Positions 1 through 7,216 of a stretch of DNA of 18,379 bases are shown here, piece by piece. Positions within the stretch are counted from its first letter, which is position 1, and every line of letters begins with the position of its first letter. The notes below the pieces were generated by a model. The model searched no databases, had not been told where the DNA came from, and saw only the letters and a program-made list of their open reading frames with translations. A program made the position numbers and the translations under genes. This DNA comes from Pseudomonadota bacterium (GTDB lineage: Bacteria; Bdellovibrionota_B; Oligoflexia; Oligoflexales; CAIYRB01), in the NCBI GenBank assembly GCA_031416315.1, contig JANOTL010000079.1, forward strand, positions 1-18,379, read 5' to 3'.

Positions 1-101
1 CGGAGCACGGACATGCGGCTAGCAGCCTGCCGTCAGCGGCAGGCAGAAAGCGGTCGGCGGAGCACGGACCGCGGAATGCCGCAAGCGGTCAGCGGTTGCG
101 G
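1..101. repeat. Two degenerate ~56-57 bp tandem units, each with a hairpin
   Basis: CGGAGCACGGAC at 1-12 and 58-69; GTCAGCGG at 32-39 and 88-95. Hairpins GCCTGCCG-TCAG-CGGCAGGC (25-44) and CCGCAAgCG-GTCAG-CGgTTGCGG (79-101). Confidence 0.6.
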
Positions 102-103
102 AT

Positions 104-137
104 CGCGGGACCGTAAACCTGCGTCCCGCGCCTTTTT
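104..137 (+). terminator. Intrinsic terminator-like hairpin
   Basis: CGCGGGAC (104-111) pairs with GTCCCGCG (123-130) around an 11-nt loop, followed by CCTTTTT. Confidence 0.45.
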
Positions 138-150
138 AGACACCCTCTGA
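132..150. mobile_element. Possible terminal inverted repeat of an IS5/IS1182-like element or MITE
   Basis: CTTTTTAGACACCCTC (reverse complement GAGGGTGTCTAAAAAG) followed by TGA resembles GAG-initiated IS ends with a TNA target. No transposase or partner end is visible. Confidence 0.25.
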
Positions 151-216
151 GACAGGCGGCCGCTGGGAGCCGACCACACGATGAAGACGAGTTCGTGACC
201 ACCCGCGGCGTTGCCG

Positions 217-297
217 TCACCAGGAGCCGCCGAGCGCGGAACGGCGCCAGTTTTTCTTGCTCACGCACACGTAGACGAAGTTCACGTCCCAACCCAT
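217..297 (-). other. Small ORF (26 aa, MGWDVNFVYVCVSKKNWRRSALGGSW) or 5' remnant of a degraded gene
   Basis: ATG at 297 immediately preceded by a G-rich GGGGGGGAG tract; codons mostly end in G/C; TGA at 219-217. Confidence 0.3.
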
Positions 298-560
298 CTC
301 CCCCCCCGTTCGCACGCGGCTTGAGAAGAAGAGGGGGTAAAGGACTCCCTGATCCGAATTTTGCTGTCGGTAACGGATCAGCGACCGTGGGAAAGCCGAC
401 CTCGCGACTTATCGCGTGCGACGAATATTAGACCTTGTCCCCAAGCGGCTCACAATTTTTGGTGCGGTTCGCAGAGTTGTGGAAGTTTTGGAGAAGGCGA
501 GGACCGTCGCCTCGAAACGCTCGCCCTTTATGGTCAGGGCGAGCGAAAGAAAGAGGTTTT

Positions 561-2015
561 TCAGTGTGCAACCGGGTCTAGAGCGCCACTTTCGAGGCCC
601 GGAACGAGCTCGGGGTCGAGATCGTTGCTTTCGATGTTCTTGCCGTCGCCCTGTCGCCTTTGCGCGCGCACGGTCGGCATGGCGCCGCTCTGCACGGCGT
701 CGTGCGGCGCATACGACGACACCACGACCGCGAACACGGAACCTAACGGGGCCATGATCTTCTCGACCTTGCGCCGTGCCTTGCCGCTGGCGGCCAGGAG
801 CTGCACGCGGGGCGCGCTCTCGCCGGTTCCGAGGGGGATCGAGTGCCAGTCGCCCAAGCCCTTTTTCACGATCCGGCTCTCGAGCTTCCCTTTCATCGTC
901 GTGAGCGTCTCGAGCTCGGCGCCGCTCGCCACCTCACCGACGCGACGCAACGAGTTGCCGTCGCACGCATAGCGGATCGCCGCGCCCGTCATCTCGTTCC
1001 AGCCGATCAGGTCGACGGTGGCGCCGTCTTTCCTCGTCTCGAAGAAGACCGCGACCAGCTCCTCGAAGTCGACGAGCTTTGCTTGCGCCCTGCTCAGGAG
1101 CTGCTGGCAGGCGGCCAAGCCTTCAGCGCGGACGTCCGCCGATACCGTCTCGCCCTTTAGCGACGATGGCCGCGACTTCGTCGACTGGCAGGCTGGGACG
1201 CCGGCCGCGCCTGAGACGCTCGCGATCCACATCATCACCGCCGCGCGCTTCACCGAGTTGCGCGCCAGGAGCTTCAGGGCCGCCGTCTTGAGCCGCGGCG
1301 TCGCCCGCAAGGTCGTGCCGGCGATCACGCGGTCCATGGTCGCGAGATCGGGCGTACTGAAGCCCGCGCGCATCAGATATTCGTCACGCACGGCCCACTC
1401 GATGCGGCCGTGCACCTCAAAGGAATGCACGCCGATGCGCACGATGATCAGGACCTGATCGCCCTTGGCGAGCTTCGGCCCACCTTCCACCGGCATCGCG
1501 ATGCTCATGCCGACGAGCGAGCAGTCCTCCATCTCGGCGGCGACGGTGATCGAGCGATCGGCGCCCGGATGAAGGCGGAGGCTCGAGTTGACGCGCAGCC
1601 GCGAGGCCCTGCGCCAGCCGCGCCGTTTCTGCGCGAAGAAGGGCATCGAGACGTCGCGGTACAGGAACGCGGCGCCGAGCACCAGCACACAGGAAACGAG
1701 GATGACGCGCGCCAAGGTCTCGGTCGCGGCCGTGTCGCCTGCGTCGAGCGCGGCGTGGCCCAAGAGCGCCAGGCACTCCACCATGAAGACGAAGAAGACG
1801 GCGTAGCTGCGCCGAAGCAACGCGAAGCAGAGCAAGAGCGGCCCAACCCAGTAGGCGGCGAGCAGCACGGACGCCGCCAAGACCGGCTCGTCCTGGACGA
1901 TATCCCAGGGCGGCCCGAGCGTCACGGCGCTCCACAGCGGGATCAGGCCGAAGACGGTGGCCATCACTTGCAGAAATCGCGGCAGCTCCGCAATTCGTCG
2001 GAAGGCTCGGCTCAT
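561..2015 (-). CDS. Membrane-anchored PilZ-domain protein with uncharacterised C-terminal domain
   Basis: About 4 N-terminal hydrophobic segments, then PilZ c-di-GMP motifs RxxxR (RRASR) and DxSxxG (DCSLVG) and a beta-rich segment (GRIEW...RAGF). A further hydrophobic segment precedes a ~200 aa tail. 4-bp ATGA overlap with the upstream STAS gene. Confidence 0.8.
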   Translation of the reverse strand: MSRAFRRIAELPRFLQVMATVFGLIPLWSAVTLGPPWDIVQDEPVLAASVLLAAYWVGPLLLCFALLRRSYAVFFVFMVECLALLGHAALDAGDTAATETLARVILVSCVLVLGAAFLYRDVSMPFFAQKRRGWRRASRLRVNSSLRLHPGADRSITVAAEMEDCSLVGMSIAMPVEGGPKLAKGDQVLIIVRIGVHSFEVHGRIEWAVRDEYLMRAGFSTPDLATMDRVIAGTTLRATPRLKTAALKLLARNSVKRAAVMMWIASVSGAAGVPACQSTKSRPSSLKGETVSADVRAEGLAACQQLLSRAQAKLVDFEELVAVFFETRKDGATVDLIGWNEMTGAAIRYACDGNSLRRVGEVASGAELETLTTMKGKLESRIVKKGLGDWHSIPLGTGESAPRVQLLAASGKARRKVEKIMAPLGSVFAVVVSSYAPHDAVQSGAMPTVRAQRRQGDGKNIESNDLDPELVPGLESGALDPVAH

Positions 2016-2509
2016 ACGGTTTTGTCTCCGGGTTGCGGTCGGCGCAAGCTCTCACAGAACACCTTCAGCTCGTCGATCGAGGCATCGGCCCCGGAGATGC
2101 TCTTGCACGAGGGGCACGGAAAGCTCGGTTCGCCTTCCATCGCGATCAGCGCGGCGCGCTCGTGCTCCTGCTCGAACGTGTGCTCACAATCCGAGCAGAT
2201 GAAGGGAACGAGGACGGAGTCGACGAATTCGCCGAAGCTCGCCGACGCGAGGATGTTGCAGTAGCCGACGAAGTTCATCCCGAGCCCGCGCAGCTTCAGC
2301 TCGCCCTTGGCGGCCCGCCGCCTCAGGAACGGCACCCAGGCCGCGACGCCGTAGGAGTTAACGTGGCTCACCTTCGCGAGGTCCAGCGTGACGGGGCCGT
2401 CGCCGATCGCGTCGTCGATGTCTTCGAGGGCCGCCGCGCCACGCTCGTCGAGCGCGCCATGCAGCGCCACGACCCGTGTGCCGGACCCGGTTTTGATTTT
2501 CCACTTCAT
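2012..2509 (-). CDS. STAS (anti-sigma-factor antagonist-like) protein with C-terminal zinc ribbon
   Basis: STAS pattern VALHGALDE...VTLDLAKVSHVNSYGV; C-terminal CSDC...CPSC pairs. Confidence 0.85.
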   Translation of the reverse strand: MKWKIKTGSGTRVVALHGALDERGAAALEDIDDAIGDGPVTLDLAKVSHVNSYGVAAWVPFLRRRAAKGELKLRGLGMNFVGYCNILASASFGEFVDSVLVPFICSDCEHTFEQEHERAALIAMEGEPSFPCPSCKSISGADASIDELKVFCESLRRPQPGDKTV

Positions 2510-2516
2510 GCGTCTC

Positions 2517-2544
2517 GGTTCGGCGCGATCCCGGGGAAACCTGA
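2517..2544 (-). promoter_or_regulatory. sigma28/FliA-like promoter of STAS-PilZ operon
   Basis: Minus strand TCAG-N16-GCCGAACC (starts TCAGGTTT) just upstream of the ATG at 2509. Confidence 0.6.
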
Positions 2545-2838
2545 GAAGAAGGCCGCCGCGGGATTGGCATAAGCCTCCGGATCATATGCCATAAGTTGCT
2601 GTCTTGTGGTGAGGCCGTAAGCCATTTCCAGACCTTCGCGGTCGCAGACCTCCCGGATCTTGAAGTCGATCTCTTGCTGCGCCGCCAGATGGACTGCGCC
2701 GTCCGGGTCGGTCCCTGCGTGTCCGAAGACGCGGGCGATCCACGCGCCGAACGAGAAGATTCGTGCGGACGCGCGGATAGATGGCGAAATGATTCACATT
2801 TCCGATTGAGTTCATCTGCCGCAAGCGCTGAGGCGAGC

Positions 2839-2866
2839 TCAAGAAACGCCGCGTTTGCGCCGATAG
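2839..2866 (+). promoter_or_regulatory. sigma28/FliA-like promoter of lipoprotein gene
   Basis: TCAA-N16-GCCGATAG followed by GGAGA and the ATG at 2874. Confidence 0.7.
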
Positions 2867-2873
2867 ATGGAGA

Positions 2874-4412
2874 ATGTCGTCGCGTTGCTGCCCCATTTCG
2901 CCGCTCTTTAGCCTGGTGACCTGCCTGGCGGTCGTCGCGTGCTCGGGTGCTACGTCCGAGTCGAAGAGCGTGCGCAGCCCCGACGAGACGCAGGTGAGTG
3001 CCAAGCCGGCGACTCCCGCGCCGCCGCCGAGCCCGCCGCCGGAAGACGGCGCGTTCGACGTCATCGAAGCGGTGCCGATGTCGCTCTTCGACTTCGAGTT
3101 TTTGGCGTCCGTTCGCGACTCTTTGCGCACGACGACAGGGGCAGCGGCGTCGGTTCCTCTCGATGGGACCACGACGCCGCTCGAAGTGACGGCGGACCTC
3201 GTCGCCACCGGCCAGAAAGCCTTGAGCGCCGCGATCGGCGTGATCTTCCTGGACGGGAGCGCGGAGCTGGTGCGCGTTTTGGACGAGGTCGAAGCGTCGA
3301 CGAGCCGGCTGGCGACGCTGAAAGTCGACGTGAAGCTTCGAAACGGGCGCGGCGTCGCGCTCGTCCATCCACAGCCGGATCTCTACGTTGCCGTCGACGT
3401 CGACGCGACGAAGGCGCCCCGCAAGAGCTACGTTGTCGACACCTTTACGCCGACCGCGGACGATCCTGCGACGCTCGAGCGGCGCTCGCGCATCGAGCTC
3501 ACGATTGACCCCGAGACGGACGGCGAGCTCCACTACCTCAACGTCATCGACCACCAAGGGTACCGCGAGTACGTCGACATGCGGCACGACCGCAAGCGCG
3601 GCAAGCTCACGCTCGACTACGGCTCGGTAGATGCGCCAAAGCAGGCGCCGCGCCATATCGCGATCGAGATCACGCTGCCCGGCGCCGACGGGACGCCGGG
3701 GCTCATGATCGGGGTCAACGGATACACGGGCAAGGGGAAGCCGGCCGTCCTGGCGCCGCGCCACTACTGGCACTCGGCGACCGGCACGGACGTCGCATTC
3801 TATTCCATCCGCTTCAACAAGCCCACAGGCGGCTTGATCGCGGTCAATGCCGGCTTCATTCCGGCCGAGGCGACGCCGACGCCGGAGATCACCGACGGGT
3901 TCGCCTTCGCCGAGCGTTGGGGCTACGTCCGCTTCATGCATGACTTCTTGGCAAGCCTCTTGCGCGACCCAGCCGTGCACCCTGGGTGTGCGACGTTCGG
4001 CGCGACGATCAAGAACGGCCTCGTGGGCAAGCCGGGTGCCCCGGCGCAGATCGCATTCTTGCCGGACGACGTCTGCGCCTCGACCGCCGTCGTCACGGAT
4101 AAGAACGTCATCGACGCCGTCCTCTCGGCGTGTCAGAACGAGGTCCCGTTGAAGGCGAACGTACGGCTTCAGAAGAGCGCGACCCGCCCGCTCGATCTCT
4201 GCGCGAAGCTGTTGGAAGGTTTCGCGTCAAAGAATCCGATCTATCTGACGATCGACGGCGATCGAGCGGTGCTGCATCCGCAAGACTATGTGCCGACGGC
4301 AGAGCACGCGGCGCTTCAGACCGGACTGCCGCGGCCGAGCGAGGCCGCGCTGACGATCGTGGCGTCGACGCCGGGATTCGACGTGCCGCGGCGGCCGGCC
4401 ACCGACTTCTGA
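2874..4412 (+). CDS. Hypothetical lipoprotein, 512 aa
   Basis: GGAGA RBS; hydrophobic signal with lipobox VVAC; Pro-rich linker (PATPAPPPSPPPE); strong GC3 codon bias; no family recognised. Confidence 0.8.
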   Translation: MSSRCCPISPLFSLVTCLAVVACSGATSESKSVRSPDETQVSAKPATPAPPPSPPPEDGAFDVIEAVPMSLFDFEFLASVRDSLRTTTGAAASVPLDGTTTPLEVTADLVATGQKALSAAIGVIFLDGSAELVRVLDEVEASTSRLATLKVDVKLRNGRGVALVHPQPDLYVAVDVDATKAPRKSYVVDTFTPTADDPATLERRSRIELTIDPETDGELHYLNVIDHQGYREYVDMRHDRKRGKLTLDYGSVDAPKQAPRHIAIEITLPGADGTPGLMIGVNGYTGKGKPAVLAPRHYWHSATGTDVAFYSIRFNKPTGGLIAVNAGFIPAEATPTPEITDGFAFAERWGYVRFMHDFLASLLRDPAVHPGCATFGATIKNGLVGKPGAPAQIAFLPDDVCASTAVVTDKNVIDAVLSACQNEVPLKANVRLQKSATRPLDLCAKLLEGFASKNPIYLTIDGDRAVLHPQDYVPTAEHAALQTGLPRPSEAALTIVASTPGFDVPRRPATDF

Positions 4413-4419
4413 AACGCGG

Positions 4420-6402
4420 TCAGACCGCGGGCTTCAGCCTACGGATCAACACGACCGTGAAGTCGTCCGGCAGGCGCCCGGTCGCGCCGATCGCGTCGGC
4501 ACGGCGGACGAGCGTCTCGAAGACGTCCGACGCGTCGAGGTCGAGCGGCTCCTTCTTGAAGCTGCGCCGAAACTGGCTGGAAGAATACGGCCCGTCGATG
4601 ACGCCGTCTGTGTAAGCCATCAGGATCTCGCCCGGCGCGACCTCGACCGCGGTGAGGTCGCCGAATCGGTCGAGGCTTGCATGGTTCGGCAGCATGCCGA
4701 GAGGGTCGACCCGCTCCGTCACGATCGAGGCGAGGCTGCCGTCGGCCTTGAAATGCAGCCAAAACGGGCTGCCGCAGCCCTGCAGCCGTACCTCTTGCCG
4801 CGTGATCGAAGCGAGCGACAGCGTGGAGTTTTGGCTCCCGCCGAAGGTGCCGTGCATCGTCTCGTTCAGGGCGCGCAAAAAGTCCCGCGGCTTCGCCGCG
4901 CCGTCCGCCCATCGAGCGCGGAAGTTGTTCCAGAGGCCCGCGACCACCGCCGTGCTCAGCGCGGCGCTCGCGCCCTTGCCGACGACGTCGCCGATGGCGA
5001 TGAGCGCGCACTCGGCGCCCGCCACCCCGTCGACTCCGCTCGTGTGGATCTGGAACCAGTCGCCTGCCATCGACGAGTACGGTCTGTAGAAGATGCGGAA
5101 CTCCCAGTCGAGAAAACGCCCCGTCGCCTGCTTCGGCAGGAGCAGACGTTGGACCTCGCGCCCGAGCTCAAGGTCCTTTTGGAGGCTGGAGCGCGCCGCC
5201 GCGGTTTGCAACAGGTGGAAAGAAGCGCGCACGAGGATCGCCGCCAGCGCCATCACGACCAGCTGCGCGCACGGCAGGATCCAGCCGAGAGTCGCGAGTC
5301 CGGCGGCCGAAGCGGCGGCTAATGCCAAGGTGATGGCGCCACCCGTGTAAAGCGAAGCAACCGGACGCTTGTGGCTCAAAATCCAGAACAAGAGCGGCGC
5401 CATGAGCATCACGACGTACCAGTAAGGAACGGGACGATAGAGGAGACGCCCTTCTAGCGCGGCACTCATCACCGAGACGACCGCGTGAAACGCGAGAACC
5501 TTGCCCAACGGCGCGTCGACGAACCGGCTGCCGGTGAACGCGTCGGGAATCAGCACGGCGATCCGGCCGCCGGCGAGCTTTTCGCGCATGGGAAGCGGCA
5601 ACTCCTTGCCCGTGAAGAAGCCGAAGGCCGGCACGGACTGAGTGCGAATCGACTCCGCCGTGACGTAGTCGATGGTCACGGTGCCGTCCTCCGACGCCGG
5701 CAGGGGCCGCCCCTGCGTCTGCAGGCGACCCTCCCGCCAAGCGAGGTCGCCCAATCCAAGGTACGCGACGCTCGGAATGATCGTGCGTCCGGGCGCCGCG
5801 TACGCCGTGAGCATGGCGTTGCTGCTCGGTAGATTGAGGTGCCCCAGGCGGTCGTCGGGCGCGACGCCTTCGAGCTTTGGCACGAGCGCGCGCACGGCCG
5901 GCGTCAGGCTCCGCACGGTTTCGTCGCCCGAGGTGAGCAAGGAGACGGGCAACGCGTCGACGGCCCGCGCCCGCGGATTCGTGTCTTGCGGCATGACGAC
6001 GGCGCCGTAGGCGAAGGCTCCGCCATGCGTGCGCGGCACGGTCTCGCCGAGCTCGGAGCGCAGGTTCGGGGCGCCGAGCAGGATGATCCGCTCGTACCCC
6101 AGGCCGAGCAAGGTCTCGCCAATCGCTTGCCAGTCGGCGAAGGTCGGGAGCCGGCCGAGTTGCTCCACGGAGCGATCGTCGGCGAGGACGAGCCGTATCG
6201 AAGACTGCAGCTGCGGCTGCTTTCCGACGGCCGCGCGCAAGTGCATCATCGGTTGAAAGAAGAGCACGTCATTCAGATAAGGGCCGAACTCGGTAACGGA
6301 GGGCGCGACGCTAGTGAGGACGAGCACGAACGCCAGCACGCCGCGCAACGAGCGCGCGCGCCTGCCTAGCTTCGCAAGCCGGGTCCTCCGATCGGTCTTC
6401 AT
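4420..6402 (-). CDS. CHASE2-like sensor, 3 TM helices, PP2C/SpoIIE (RsbU-like) Ser phosphatase
   Basis: PP2C motifs GREVQRLLLP, AGDWF, IGDVVGKG, YTDGVID, DDFTVV. The N-terminal region has CHASE2-like features (IRLVLADDRS, LGHLN, FHAVVV) and is followed by three hydrophobic helices. The CHASE2 call is less certain than the PP2C call. Confidence 0.85.
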   Translation of the reverse strand: MKTDRRTRLAKLGRRARSLRGVLAFVLVLTSVAPSVTEFGPYLNDVLFFQPMMHLRAAVGKQPQLQSSIRLVLADDRSVEQLGRLPTFADWQAIGETLLGLGYERIILLGAPNLRSELGETVPRTHGGAFAYGAVVMPQDTNPRARAVDALPVSLLTSGDETVRSLTPAVRALVPKLEGVAPDDRLGHLNLPSSNAMLTAYAAPGRTIIPSVAYLGLGDLAWREGRLQTQGRPLPASEDGTVTIDYVTAESIRTQSVPAFGFFTGKELPLPMREKLAGGRIAVLIPDAFTGSRFVDAPLGKVLAFHAVVSVMSAALEGRLLYRPVPYWYVVMLMAPLLFWILSHKRPVASLYTGGAITLALAAASAAGLATLGWILPCAQLVVMALAAILVRASFHLLQTAAARSSLQKDLELGREVQRLLLPKQATGRFLDWEFRIFYRPYSSMAGDWFQIHTSGVDGVAGAECALIAIGDVVGKGASAALSTAVVAGLWNNFRARWADGAAKPRDFLRALNETMHGTFGGSQNSTLSLASITRQEVRLQGCGSPFWLHFKADGSLASIVTERVDPLGMLPNHASLDRFGDLTAVEVAPGEILMAYTDGVIDGPYSSSQFRRSFKKEPLDLDASDVFETLVRRADAIGATGRLPDDFTVVLIRRLKPAV

Positions 6403-6409
6403 GCCCTCG

Positions 6410-6437
6410 TCATCGGCTGGGGGCCGACAGAACCTGT
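6410..6437 (-). promoter_or_regulatory. sigma28/FliA-like promoter of the phosphatase gene
   Basis: Minus strand ACAG-N16-GCCGATGA followed by GAGG RBS and the ATG at 6402. Confidence 0.6.
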
Positions 6438-6590
6438 GTGGACGCGCGAAGACCGCGGAGAATCAGCAGTGATTCAAGGTAGTCCGCTGGGACCTCAGGG
6501 CCGGGTGGCGCTCATGGGCGGCAGCGCGTGCGCTCGTAGTACAAGAATACTCCGGTGTGACGAGGTCATGTCGGTCTGCGGCCACAGGCC

Positions 6591-6624
6591 GAGCCGGACC
6601 GGATCGCCTGCCGGTGTCCGGCTC
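6591..6624. terminator. GC-rich hairpin downstream of folK
   Basis: GAGCCGGAC (6591-6599) pairs with GTCCGGCTC (6616-6624), 30 nt after the folK stop; no U-tract. Confidence 0.3.
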
Positions 6625-6653
6625 CCGGCTGCCGCCCGTATGAGTCGCCGCGA

Positions 6654-7154
6654 TCACGCGCGCGTCAGCCGAAAACCGCGTGCAGTTGCCATCTCCCGCA
6701 GCGTCGGTCCGCCTGCCGTCAGGCGCCAGTCCGGAGCCACGTCGACCGCCGGCACCAGGACGAAGTCCCGTTCCAACATGCGCGGATGCGGCAGCTCGAT
6801 CCCATCGCCCAGGTAGGCCGTCGCGACCTCGTGCCCGGCCTCGCGCCAAAGCAGAACGTCCAGATCGAGCGTCCGGTTGCCCCATTTTTCCCGCCGCACG
6901 CGGCCGTGCTCGGCCTCGATCGCCAGCAAAACGCGCATGACGGCTTCCGGCGCGAGCCGCGATTCAGCCACCAGCGCCGCGTTGAGGAACGGTAGATCCG
7001 CCGCCCCCACGGGTGCGGTCGCATAGCACGGCGACACGGCCGTCACCGTGCCGATGCGCCCGCCGATCGCCTGAACGGCGCTCGCCAGCGTCTTCTCGCG
7101 CTCGCCGAGGTTCGACCCCAGCGCCATCAAATACCTCGCAGGAAGCGTTTGCAC
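6654..7154 (-). CDS. folK: 2-amino-4-hydroxy-6-hydroxymethyldihydropteridine diphosphokinase (HPPK)
   Basis: ALGSNLG, FLNAA, RxRxxKWGNRTLDLDVL, LPHPRMLERDFVLVP motifs; GTG start. Confidence 0.97.
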   Translation of the reverse strand: MQTLPARYLMALGSNLGEREKTLASAVQAIGGRIGTVTAVSPCYATAPVGAADLPFLNAALVAESRLAPEAVMRVLLAIEAEHGRVRREKWGNRTLDLDVLLWREAGHEVATAYLGDGIELPHPRMLERDFVLVPAVDVAPDWRLTAGGPTLREMATARGFRLTRA

Positions 7155-7176
7155 TCTCGCCCACCTCGGCTAGAAT
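7149..7176 (+). promoter_or_regulatory. sigma70-like promoter for the LRR-selD operon
   Basis: TTGCAC-N16-TAGAAT, overlapping the folK start codon on the opposite strand; GAGGGGAGGGG RBS before the ATG at 7217. Confidence 0.5.
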
Positions 7177-7216
7177 TCCCCACGACATCGCCAACTGAAG
7201 ACGAGGGGAGGGGAAG

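Noticed and set aside
1..101. CRISPR array
   Set aside because: Only two 12-bp identical segments, the intervening sequences resemble each other, and no cas genes are present.
100..160. c-di-GMP-I riboswitch (GGGACGCA on the minus strand, near a PilZ gene)
   Set aside because: Lacks the GCAAA/GNRA-tetraloop P2 arrangement and a P1 closing stem; better explained as a simple hairpin.
2358..3980. 540-aa minus-strand ORF
   Set aside because: Antisense shadow of the lipoprotein gene; Arg-rich with no motifs, typical of high-GC sequence.
6654..7154. folK as part of a selenium-pterin pathway with selD
   Set aside because: Ordinary HPPK transcribed divergently; no molybdopterin or yqeBC genes in the window to support a link.
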